NCBI GenBank assembly: GCA_963755715.1
Contig: CAVWLW010000027.1
Coordinates: 256,001-320,000 of the forward strand
DNA from: an uncultured delta proteobacterium
Lineage (GTDB): Bacteria; Desulfobacterota; Binatia; UBA9968
DNA: 64,000 nucleotides
Direction: 5' to 3'
In this document: positions 10,321 through 19,412 of the stretch, piece after piece
Layout: each line of letters begins with the position of its first letter
Numbering within the stretch: position 1 is the stretch's first letter
Notes under the pieces: model-generated
The model's database searches: none
What the model saw: only the letters and a program-made list of their open reading frames with translations
What the model was told of the DNA's origin: nothing
Position numbers and translations under genes: made by a program

Positions 10321-11191
10321 ATTTTCCCGGATCCTTGTAGTAGTGTTTGTAGTACCACTCGGCGATCTCCCAACCCGTCGTGCGCCATACGCCCTCGTGC
10401 GAACACATGTAGTCGAGCGCCTTATCCAAATATTTGATGCGAAAAGGCAGGCCGATGACGAACGGATGGAGCGGCAAGCAAAGCACGCGACCGCCGGACT
10501 CGCTATCTTTGTAAAGCGTGTCGAAGTGATCGCAAACCATCCGGTAATATTGCTCCGGCGTGTGGTTTTCGCGAATGAACACGCGAATGTCGTTGACGCC
10601 CAATTCGTAGGGCACCACGACCATGCGGCCGCTTTTGACACGCATCGGCGTCGGCTGCTCGTCGTTGCCCCAATCACAGACGTATTCGAATCCTTCCGCA
10701 GCGAGATGGTCCGGGGTGTTGTAAGTCTCGCCCAGTCCCGGTCCCAACCAGCCCTTCGGCGCCTTCCCCGTGGCCTTCGCGATGATCTCCTTCACGTTGT
10801 GGATGATCGAGCGCTCTTCTTCGGGCGGGTAATCGAGCATGGAAATACTGTTGGTCATGCCGTGGCCGAGCCATTCCCACTTGCGCTTGTTGCCTTCTTC
10901 GATGATCGGCGGGTGTTTCTCGCAAACCTCGGCGTTCAATAAAACACTGGCGCGAATACCGTGCTTGTCGAGCACTTCCATGATGCGATAAACGCCCACG
11001 CGCGAGCCATAATCGCGCAGCGTGTAGCCCGGCACGTCGGGCGTGTGATTGCTGCCCGAGCCGCGGATCGGCATGTCGTAGTGAAAATATTCGATATTGG
11101 GCGCGACCCACAAAGCTATGCGGCCGTGCTCGGGCCATTCGATTTTCGGTCGGCGAATGATCGGCGAATAGTCGTAACGTCGGTTGTCCAT
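10313..11191 (-). CDS. Polysaccharide deacetylase family, PuuE/allantoinase-like
   Basis: YSPII.RP, PNIE, RDYGSRVG, HG, GWLGPG, LHPF motifs. Confidence 0.88.
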   Translation of the reverse strand: MDNRRYDYSPIIRRPKIEWPEHGRIALWVAPNIEYFHYDMPIRGSGSNHTPDVPGYTLRDYGSRVGVYRIMEVLDKHGIRASVLLNAEVCEKHPPIIEEGNKRKWEWLGHGMTNSISMLDYPPEEERSIIHNVKEIIAKATGKAPKGWLGPGLGETYNTPDHLAAEGFEYVCDWGNDEQPTPMRVKSGRMVVVPYELGVNDIRVFIRENHTPEQYYRMVCDHFDTLYKDSESGGRVLCLPLHPFVIGLPFRIKYLDKALDYMCSHEGVWRTTGWEIAEWYYKHYYKDPGKLE

Positions 11192-11495
11192 GAGTTGACT
11201 ACACTCCTGCGTGTGAAATTTATGCGGCTCATTACCGCCGCAAAATTAACCTATGCCACTTGACAAACGGGCGTCAACCCGCAGTGGAGACTTTTCCCCC
11301 TCGAATTTTTCCGCTTGACGGCGCTTCTCTATTCATCCTAGCTTAGCCCCGGATCAAGGGTCCTGAGGAGGCTGGGGTGCCTGATCTAGTCGTTGTTGTT
11401 TACGCGTTCTCTCCGGTTCAGGTGGCCCAGTTGGATTTTGATCGGAATCAAGCGGGTCGGGAACAGAGTCTCAGATAACCGAAAGGAGAATTGAA

Positions 11496-13121
11496 ATGGC
11501 CACAGCGGAGGGAGTTTTACACGCGGGAGACAGCGAAAGGATTATTTCAAAATCCGACGAGCGCCGAGTCATCGTCGCCTCTTCGGTGGGAACCGTTTTT
11601 GAATGGTACGATTTCTATCTGTACGCGATTTTGGCTCCATTCTTTGCAGGGTTGTTCTTTCCACCCGGAAACCAGACGGCTGCATTATTGGGGGCCTTCG
11701 GCGCCTACGCGGCCGGATTTCTGATTCGGCCCTTCGGCGCCTTGATCTTCGGACGCATCGGCGACTTGGTCGGTCGAAAATACACTTTTTTGGTAACGAT
11801 CGTCGTGATGGGCGTCTCCACCGTCTTGGTCGGCTTCATGCCGACGTACGCCTCCATGGGTTTTGCCGCGCCGCTGATCCTCGTCACCCTGCGGCTCGCC
11901 CAGGGGCTGGCCCTCGGCGGAGAATACGGCGGAGCAGCGACTTACGTCGCGGAACACGCGCCGGATCATAAGCGCGGCTACGCCACCAGCTGGATCCAAA
12001 CTACCGCGACTCTCGGCATGCTCATGGCGCTGCTCATCATCGGTCTGTGTCGCTACTACATGGAAGCTAAATCTTTCACCGAATGGGGTTGGCGAATTCC
12101 CTTTTGGTTCTCGATCCCGCTGTTGCTCATTTCCATCTATATTCGTTTAAAACTCCAGGAATCCCCGATCTTTCAGCGCATGAAGTCGCAAGGCAAGCGT
12201 TCCAAGCAGCCGTTGATCGACAGCTTCTTCAGATATCCGAACAATAAGTACGTGGCTCTCGCACTGCTCGGCGCGACAGCCGGCCAGGGAGTGGTCTGGT
12301 ACACCGGCCAGTTCTACGCGCTCTTTTTTATCCTGATCTATCTCAAGCTCGACTTCATTCCGACCTACACTCTCGTCGGCCTTTCACTCCTTATTGGCAC
12401 GCCGTTTTTTTTGGTTTTCGGCGCGCTCTCGGACAAGATCGGCCGCAAAAAAATTATTTTGGCGGGCTGTCTGATTGCGGCGGTGACTTACGTCCCGCTT
12501 TTTCATGGCCTGACACACTACATAAATCCCGACCTCGAAGCCTACCAGGAGCGGACACCGATCACCGTTACCGCTACGGATTGCAACTTCCATATATTCA
12601 TCGGCCCATGGTCGCGCCAGAGCGCTTGCGATAAAACCAAGGATTTTCTCGGCAAGGCCGGGCTCTCGTTTACATCGCTCCCTGCCGTAACCACCGACGA
12701 CGTCGTCACCAAGATCGGCGACATCGAGATCAAAGGTTGGGATGAAACCAAGTTTAAGGATGTGCTCAAAGCAAGCGGTTATCCCGCGAAAGCCGACATG
12801 GCGAAAGTAAATTGGTTCATGGCCGAGCTTATCCTGGTGATCATGGTGATCTACGTTACGATGGTCTACGGACCGATCGCGGCATTTTTAGTCGAGCTGT
12901 TTCCCGCCAGGATTCGTTACACGTCGATGTCGCTGCCCTATCACATCGGCAACGGTTGGTTTGGCGGCATGCTCCCGCTCCTCGCCACCTCAATGGTGGC
13001 CAAAGCCGGCAACATCTACTATGGCCTATGGTATCCGATCATTGTCGCCCTGATTACCTTCGTCATCGGTTTATTTTTCTTGAAGGAGACAAAGGACGTG
13101 AAGATCCACGAAGAGCACTGA
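11496..13121 (+). CDS. MFS metabolite:H+ symporter (MHS family)
   Basis: GTVFEWYDF, RPFG, GGEYGGA, ELFPARIRYT; RBS AAAGGAG. Confidence 0.93.
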   Translation: MATAEGVLHAGDSERIISKSDERRVIVASSVGTVFEWYDFYLYAILAPFFAGLFFPPGNQTAALLGAFGAYAAGFLIRPFGALIFGRIGDLVGRKYTFLVTIVVMGVSTVLVGFMPTYASMGFAAPLILVTLRLAQGLALGGEYGGAATYVAEHAPDHKRGYATSWIQTTATLGMLMALLIIGLCRYYMEAKSFTEWGWRIPFWFSIPLLLISIYIRLKLQESPIFQRMKSQGKRSKQPLIDSFFRYPNNKYVALALLGATAGQGVVWYTGQFYALFFILIYLKLDFIPTYTLVGLSLLIGTPFFLVFGALSDKIGRKKIILAGCLIAAVTYVPLFHGLTHYINPDLEAYQERTPITVTATDCNFHIFIGPWSRQSACDKTKDFLGKAGLSFTSLPAVTTDDVVTKIGDIEIKGWDETKFKDVLKASGYPAKADMAKVNWFMAELILVIMVIYVTMVYGPIAAFLVELFPARIRYTSMSLPYHIGNGWFGGMLPLLATSMVAKAGNIYYGLWYPIIVALITFVIGLFFLKETKDVKIHEEH

Positions 13122-13178
13122 TCGCAGGAGAAGGTAAGGTGAACGGCAACGGTGTCCCGTGCCGTTGGTGATCTAACT

Positions 13179-13215
13179 AAAAAAGGGGACGGAAGAATAT
13201 TCCGTCCCCTTTCTT
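13179..13215 (+). terminator. Intrinsic terminator, probably bidirectional
   Basis: AAAAAA-GGGGACGGAA-gaata-TTCCGTCCCC-TTTCTT. Confidence 0.85.
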
Positions 13216-13296
13216 CGAACCGCCGTTGTCTGCTAGAGAAATTTCCCCCACAAGATAACTTTGAAATTATCGCCACGTGATCCGAAGATAATAATG

Positions 13297-13326
13297 TTGA
13301 CTCACCTCACTTTATGAGGCTATAGG
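13297..13326 (+). promoter_or_regulatory. Sigma70-like promoter of the tctC-like gene
   Basis: TTGACT-N18-TATAGG, with a small CCTCA/TGAGG inverted repeat in the spacer. Confidence 0.5.
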
Positions 13327-13353
13327 TACGCCAACGTCTCCGGGTCAGCTAGT

Positions 13354-14346
13354 ATGACGATGGAAGGAAAAACGTTGCTCCTGCCGTTCATTACGGCGGT
13401 TCTTTTTAGCGGCTCATGGTTCGCGCCCGCGTGGGCTCAGAATTATCGGCCGAGCCGTCCCGTCGAGCTGGTCGTTCATAGCGCCCTTGGTGGCGGCTCG
13501 GATGTCTTTGCCCGCGAAGTCGTCGCGATGGCGGAGCGGGAAAAACTCCTCACGCAGCCCATCCGAATTGTCAACAAGACCGCAGGCGCCGGTTTGGAGG
13601 CTATCGCCTATCTCGCTGACAAAAAGGGCGACGATCATACAATCGCGATATTCACCAACACCTGGATCGCCACTCCGCTCACCAATAAAGAGGCCAAATA
13701 CACCGTCACGGATTTGACTGCGATTGTTCGTCTGGTCCTCGAACCGACGATCGTCGTGGTCAGAGCGGACTCTCCTTATAAGAACATGAACGATTTTGTC
13801 GCTGCGGCGAAGCAAAATCCGCTCGGTCTGAAACAGGCTGGCGGCTCAGTCACTGCGATCGAAAGCCTGAGCGGTCTATTGATCCAAAAAGCTACCGGAG
13901 TCCAATGGACGTTCATTCCGACGCCGGCGATCAAGGACAGGATCGCCAATCTGCTGGCGGGCAACGTCGACGTCATTATCCCTCAGCCGCAAGATGTCAA
14001 CGAACATATCACCGCCGGAAGAATGCGGCCTATCGCTGCTCTCACAGAGAAGCGCCTCGCCGTATTGCCGGACGTGGCAACGATCAAGGAGCAGGGGATC
14101 AACGTTCCCATCATCGCCAACGCCCGGGGTCTCCTCGGACCGCCGGCGATGCCGAGAGAAATCGTCGAATACTGGGAAGACTTTTTCTCCCGCTTGGTGC
14201 AGACGGCGAGCTGGAAAAAGTATGTGGAAGAAAACCAGGTTCAAGACGTGTTTTTGAAGAGCCGCGAGGTGGCGCCGTTTCTCGAGGAACAAAACCAATT
14301 GATGCGATCGGTCCTGCAAGCAGCGGGCGTGAAAGTCGCGCGCTAG
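13354..14346 (+). CDS. Tripartite tricarboxylate transporter substrate-binding protein (TctC/Bug)
   Basis: PSRPVELVVH..GGGSD, RLAVLPDVATIKEQG, signal peptide. Confidence 0.9.
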   Translation: MTMEGKTLLLPFITAVLFSGSWFAPAWAQNYRPSRPVELVVHSALGGGSDVFAREVVAMAEREKLLTQPIRIVNKTAGAGLEAIAYLADKKGDDHTIAIFTNTWIATPLTNKEAKYTVTDLTAIVRLVLEPTIVVVRADSPYKNMNDFVAAAKQNPLGLKQAGGSVTAIESLSGLLIQKATGVQWTFIPTPAIKDRIANLLAGNVDVIIPQPQDVNEHITAGRMRPIAALTEKRLAVLPDVATIKEQGINVPIIANARGLLGPPAMPREIVEYWEDFFSRLVQTASWKKYVEENQVQDVFLKSREVAPFLEEQNQLMRSVLQAAGVKVAR

Positions 14347-14566
14347 TCGGGAGAAGCTGAAGGCAGGCAGCGCCGGAGTTCTCCCCCGTCCCTTGTTTAC
14401 GTATCAACCCGTCAACTACAGGAACTTTCCCACAAGAAATTGGCTGATCTCCTCCGAGCCGCGCAACGGCTTGCCGTCGACGACCAAGACGCTGGGCGGC
14501 AATTCGAACGCACAGCCTGGTTCGGACTGCGGTTCGAATCGCCGGTTTTAAGCGAGTCGGGTTCGA

Positions 14567-15070
14567 TTATTTGGCGGCGGCGAGAGCGGCATCGTAATTC
14601 GGGTGCTCGCCGATGCTGCCGACGTATTCGACGTGTTTGAGCTTGTTGTCCGGGCCGATGACGAAAACTGCGCGAGCCAGGACGCGATCGAGCGGGCCGC
14701 CGGATATCAACAAGCCGTAGTTTTTTCCGAACGAGGCTTCGCGGTGATCGCTCGCCGTGACGACTTTGTCCGCGTTCGCGGCGCCGCACCAGCGCTTTTG
14801 CGCAAACGGCAGGTCCATGCTGACGACAACGACTTCGACATTGCCGAGCTTGCTCGCCTCCTCATTGAACCTCTTAGCTTCTAAATCGCACACCGGCGTG
14901 TCGAGAGACGGCACGGTCGCGATGATGCGCGTTTTGCCCGCGCCGCTCGCCAAAGTGTAATCGCTCATATCCGCGCTTTTTTGCACTTTGAAGTCCGGCG
15001 CGCTCTGGCCGGCTTTCACTTCGTTGCCCAACAGTGTCAAGGTCGTGTCTTTGAATTTTACCGTCGCCAT
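14567..15070 (-). CDS. tpx: Thiol peroxidase
   Basis: VPSLDTPVCD, SMDLPFAQKRWC, LARAVFV. Confidence 0.96.
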   Translation of the reverse strand: MATVKFKDTTLTLLGNEVKAGQSAPDFKVQKSADMSDYTLASGAGKTRIIATVPSLDTPVCDLEAKRFNEEASKLGNVEVVVVSMDLPFAQKRWCGAANADKVVTASDHREASFGKNYGLLISGGPLDRVLARAVFVIGPDNKLKHVEYVGSIGEHPNYDAALAAAK

Positions 15071-15180
15071 AACGTTTCCTCCTGTTTTGGATTTGTAGTG
15101 CAGCTTCGAACCGTTTTAACACTTTGTCTGGAACGATCAAGCGCACAAAATTACCACGCGAATCTGGGCCGGTGGATCGC

Positions 15181-15892
15181 TCACGGCAAGTTGAATTCGC
15201 GGCAAAGACGCTCCCACGAACCGTGCCGCGCCAACTCGTGCAACACAGTGGTCGTTGGCGGCAAGATCGGAAAATCGGTTCGGTGCATGCGCGCCAGAGC
15301 CTCCTCAGGTTTGAGCCAAAGACTATGAGTGACTTCTTCGGAACGAGTCAACGGGACCTGATGGGGCGGCAGCTCGGCGATGTAAAAGCGCGTGTCGAAA
15401 CGCATCGAATAAATCTCCGGCGTCACCCAGTGATCGAAATAAACCCCGCGAGATAAATCGCAAAAGAGGTTTTCCGATCTGAAGAAACGCGCCGAAGTCG
15501 AGCTGCTTCCGCACGATCGCTTGACGCTGACGTTCAAATCGGTCGCTTGCTTCGTGATTGCTGAAATCGATCAGAGCGCCGGTGTCATCGACACAAAGCA
15601 GGACACCGACTTCTTCGAAGAGTTCCCGAACCACGGCCACCCAGTGGCCGAGTGCTTGCTCCGGCTCGTGCTGGCTGTCGAGAATTCTTCGTGCCTCCTC
15701 GCCGGAAAGCCCGCGGCACCTCGCTAGCACCAGAGGCGAATAGTCGTCTCGATGAACCGTGCCGCCGGGGAAAACGTAGTAGCCGCCGAGAAAGCGCATC
15801 TCCGCCGGCCGGCGGGTCAACAGAATTTCAAAACTCCCGTCACCGCCGGGCCGAACCAGCACCACGGTGGAAGCGTCGCGAGGGTAAACCAT
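15181..15892 (-). CDS. NUDIX hydrolase, frameshift near 15480
   Basis: PRDASTV, VFPGG, RELFEEVG; C-terminal HWVTP..RFDTRF, LPPT in a second frame. Confidence 0.85.
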
Positions 15893-15905
15893 GAATAATT
15901 AATAT

Positions 15906-16063
15906 CGAAATCCGAAGCACGAAATCCGAAACAAACAGGGGCCTAAATAACCATCAATTGCTAGGAAATTCCAAACCAGCAATCCGAAGCATCTTGTTTT
16001 GAGCATCGCGTTTTTCGGTCATTTGGATTTGTTTCGAATTTCGGATTTCGTGCTTCGAATTTC
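15906..16063. repeat. 7-mer-period inverted-repeat element (family B)
   Basis: CGAAATC CGAAGCA CGAAATC CGAAACA ... GTTTCG AATTTCG GATTTCG TGCTTCG AATTTC. Confidence 0.85.
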
Positions 16064-16124
16064 ATCCTTTTCACTTGCGTCTTTGCGTCTTTACGTCGAA
16101 AGCTTCGACTACTTACTGTTCCCC

Positions 16125-17172
16125 TCACTTCTTGCCGATTTCCTTGAGCAGCTTTTCCCATTTCTCGTTTTCTTTTTCATACTTCTCCACGGTCATGCCC
16201 GCCTCGGCATAGAAGCGCTTGAAGTCGGGCTTGTTCATGGCGCTATCGAGACCGTACTTGCCGAGAAACTTCTGGCCGTCGGCGCTGAGCAGAAAATCTC
16301 CAAACAGCAAAGCCGCGTAGGGATGCGGCGCGTTGGCCGGCAAGGCCACGCCGCCCGCGTTGGTCGGCACCAGGTCCATCGCCACCCACTTGATCGGCGC
16401 GCCTTTAGAAATGGAAACTCGCGAGTGGCTGAGAAAAACCGTCGGCGAAACGACCGAGCTCGCCCGATATCACCATATCGAGAATCGCTCGGCCCGAGAC
16501 CGAATGCAGGCTGATCTGTTGCGCCTTCAACTTTTGCACATATTCCGCCCCTTTGGTGGCGAGCATCGCCGCGATCACGCGGTTGCCGGTGTCGCTCGTA
16601 GCAAAACCGATTTTGTCCTTTAGCTCGGGCTTGAGCAGATCGGCAAAATTTTTCGGCACCGCGTTTCCCTGCACGGAGTTGGTATTGTACGCCAGCCCGA
16701 TATAGGACTCCCGGTCGGTCGCCCAGAAGACCAGACCTTTGCCGGCTTTTTCTTTCACGTCATCCGGATACGCAGCCAAATGCGCCGAGAAGTACGGCGC
16801 CAGCAGCTTGTATTCCTGCATCACTTTGAGAATTGGAAAAGTCGTCTCAACCGAATCGACGATATGGCGCTTCGCCTGCGCCTCTTGAACGATCCGCGAG
16901 ATCAGCGCATCGCTGTCGCCGCGGTAAACTTCTACCTGCACTCCGGGATATTTGCTCTCAAAAACTTTGGGCACGTCCGTATTGGGTCCGCCCGTGAGCG
17001 AGGTGTACCACATCAACTTGCCTTCTTTTTTCGCGCCGTCGTAAAGAATTTTCTCGCGATCGGGTTTGTTGTACGCCGCCAGCTCGGCGATCGACATCGG
17101 CTTTGCCGTCTGCGCCAGACCGGAGGACGAGCCCATCAGAAGCGCGAACATTAGAATTACGAAACCTTTCAT
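16125..17172 (-). CDS. ABC extracellular solute-binding protein (Fe3+/thiamine-type fold), frameshift near 16445
   Basis: GAKKEGKLMWYTS, AYNTN, APHPYAALLF..FLLS.DGQ. Confidence 0.85.
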
Positions 17173-17305
17173 CTTGTGTCTCCTGTTCGAATCAGTGCAA
17201 TTTCATTTATCATCAACGCGGGAATCGTCACAATGAGTCCGCGACTCAATCAACACGGCAAGAAATCGGCCGTCGCCGCGATTAGCGAAACTATCTAAAC
17301 AAAAA

Positions 17306-18448
17306 TTAGGGGAGAAAATCGAATGTACAGTTTAGTCTTTGAAGACGCAGAATGTTGTAGGCAGGAACCGGGCGGTGAAATCCTTTGAGCGTTAACTCTC
17401 CCATGGATTCCGCCTCGACCATAGATTCGATGCTGCCGAGCAGGCGCTGGGAAACTAAAATTTCTCCCGGCTTCGCCTCACCACACAGGCGCGCCGACAG
17501 GTTGGGCACGCTGCCGATGGCGCCGTACTCCCAACGCCCTTCAAAGCCGATGGCGCCGATCGTCGCATAGCCTTGCGCGATGCCGACACCGAAATCGAGA
17601 TCGTGGCCGAGCTTGCGCCACTTGATTGTTAATTCCTTGACGCGCTCGCGCATCGCCAGCGCCATGCGTGCGGCCTGTTCGGCGGCGTTCTCGACCGGCA
17701 CGGGATCGTTGAAAAAAATCATCATGCCGTCGCCGGCGAAGTGTTCCAGAGTTCCCTCATATTCGAGAATCAATTTGCCCATGGCGGCGTGATACTCGTG
17801 TAAAATGTCCATGACCTCTTCGGGTTCGGCGGTTTCAGCGAACGCGGTGAAGCCGCGGAGATCCAGATAGACAACCGTTAATTCGCATCGGTGAGTTTTG
17901 AGAGGATCGTCAGTCTCGCCGTTGACGATCAATTCTGCGAGCTGTGGGGAGAAGAAGCGTTTGAGGCGACCGAGGCGTTCGAGCTGGCCAACTTGCTCCT
18001 GGACGCGCTGCGCCAAATTTTTATTCCAGTCCGCGAGCTCAACAGCTTGAGCTTCGACCTGATCGTGGAGCTGCTTGATCCGAAGCAGCGAGCGAACGCG
18101 AGCAAGAAGCTCGGCTTGATTGATCGGCTTGGCGAGAAAGTCGTCCGCACCGGCTTCTATACCCTTGATCCGTTCTTCCGCCGGATCAAGCGCCGTCACC
18201 ATCACCACCGGGAGAATCCTGGTCGCTGCGTTCTCACGAATCTTGCGGCAAACCTCATAACCGCTCATCTCCGGCATGACAACGTCCAACAATACGAGAT
18301 CCGGCCGTTCCGCTTCCAATTGAGCCAAAGCTTCTCGGCCGGACTCCGCGGTAACGACGCTGTAACCTTTTACCGCCAACAGATCGGCAAGCAGTTTAAC
18401 GTTCTTGAGCGTGTCGTCGACAACGAGAATTTTAGCGGGATTATTCAC
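17306..18448 (-). CDS. Receiver domain-class III adenylate/guanylate cyclase
   Basis: KILVVDD, DLVLLDVVMP; DLRGFT, FAGDG, GVGIAQG, AIGSVPNLSARL. Confidence 0.93.
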   Translation of the reverse strand: MNNPAKILVVDDTLKNVKLLADLLAVKGYSVVTAESGREALAQLEAERPDLVLLDVVMPEMSGYEVCRKIRENAATRILPVVMVTALDPAEERIKGIEAGADDFLAKPINQAELLARVRSLLRIKQLHDQVEAQAVELADWNKNLAQRVQEQVGQLERLGRLKRFFSPQLAELIVNGETDDPLKTHRCELTVVYLDLRGFTAFAETAEPEEVMDILHEYHAAMGKLILEYEGTLEHFAGDGMMIFFNDPVPVENAAEQAARMALAMRERVKELTIKWRKLGHDLDFGVGIAQGYATIGAIGFEGRWEYGAIGSVPNLSARLCGEAKPGEILVSQRLLGSIESMVEAESMGELTLKGFHRPVPAYNILRLQRLNCTFDFLP

Positions 18449-18464
18449 GAGCTACTCTGTCTTC

Positions 18465-18530
18465 CTTCGTGACCTTCGCGTCCTTCGTGGTTATTATCTT
18501 CTCACCACGAAGAGCACGAAGCACACGAAG
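18465..18530. repeat. 9-mer-period inverted-repeat element (family C)
   Basis: CTTCGTGAC CTTCGCGTC CTTCGTGGT - N12 - ACCACGAAG AGCACGAAG CACACGAAG. Confidence 0.88.
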
Positions 18531-18555
18531 TTCGGTCTTTTCGTAAAGACCTTCC

Positions 18556-18928
18556 TCATGCATCGAGGACACGCTGCACTTCCGCGAGAAAATCTTTCAA
18601 GCTGATCGGCTTGGTCTGATAGCCGTCGAATCCTTCGGCCAACATCGATGTCCGGTTATTCGTCATCGCCGACGCCGTGATCGCGATGATCGATATGGCT
18701 CTGCGTCTTCGGGTCGGCCTTGAGTTGCTTCATGGCGGTGATGCCGTCCATGCCGGGAAGCTGAATGTCCATGAGAATGAGAGCAGGAGCTTGATCCAGA
18801 GCGAGCTTGAGCCCTTCTTCCGCCGTCTCAGACTCGATAGTTTTGTAACCTTTGACCTGCAGCACATCGCGGCAAAGCCTGCGGTTCTTTTCGTTGTCTT
18901 CGATGATCAATATAAGTTCGTTGGCCAT
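18556..18928 (-). CDS. Single-domain response regulator (DivK-like), frameshift near 18697
   Basis: ILIIEDN, ILMDIQLP; removing one base restores IIAITASAM...GFDGYQTKPISLKDFLAEVQRVLDA*. Confidence 0.88.
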
Positions 18929-18940
18929 AGAACCTCGGAT

Positions 18941-19409
18941 TATTTTCCCGCAAAGGCGCTAAGGCGCAAAGGTCGGGAGTTACAAACATCAAGGTCGATC
19001 TTCGAGTCCATTCACCACGCGCGTGATGCCGCGCTTCATTAGCGCTTCACCAAAGTTAGTAAGAAACCAAGCTTGCATCCGGTTAACCGTAGATAGGTCT
19101 GCACTTGTTTTTTATGAGCCTCACTTACTTGTTCGACGGATTTTAACTCCACTATCACCTTCTCCGCCACAAGAAGATCAGCGCGGAATGCTTCGTCGAA
19201 GGTCATATCTTGATAGCGGATCGGGATTGGCATCTGCCGATTCACGCCAAGACCGCGTTGTTGTAATTCATAGGCCAAGACAATTTCGTAAACCGATTCA
19301 AGTAATCCAGGCCCCAGCTGTCGATGCACCGCAATTGCGCATTGACGATTATTGTCCCAATTTCATTCTCCGTCATAACTTAGCGTCTTTGCGCCTTTGC
19401 GGGAGAATA
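18941..19409. mobile_element. Putative GxxExxY cassette bounded by 31-bp imperfect inverted repeats (family D, 8-mer CGCAAAGR units)
   Basis: 18941-18971 TATTTTCCCGCAAAGGCGCTAAGGCGCAAAG vs revcomp of 19379-19409 TATTCTCCCGCAAAGGCGCAAAGACGCTAAG (27/31); lies between kinase stop and regulator start; mobility is inferred. Confidence 0.6.
18989..19376 (-). CDS. GxxExxY protein (PD-(D/E)xK nuclease fold), two 1-nt indels
   Basis: MTENEIG..., LGPGLLESVYE, RADLLVAEKVIVELK, QVQTYLRLTG..LGFLLNFG; frameshifts near 19338 and 19060. Confidence 0.9.
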
Positions 19410-19412
19410 TTC

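Noticed and set aside
14518-14566. GGTTCGAATC T-loop-like motifs as a tRNA
   Set aside because: No acceptor, D or anticodon stems can be formed.
5696-18928. Programmed frameshifting in the ABC ATPase, NUDIX, SBP or regulator genes
   Set aside because: There are no consistent slippery sites or stimulatory structures, and indels are widespread, so sequencing error is the simpler explanation.
6566-19409. Short repeats as a CRISPR array
   Set aside because: Units are 7-9 nt, tandem and inverted, with no unique spacers and no cas genes.
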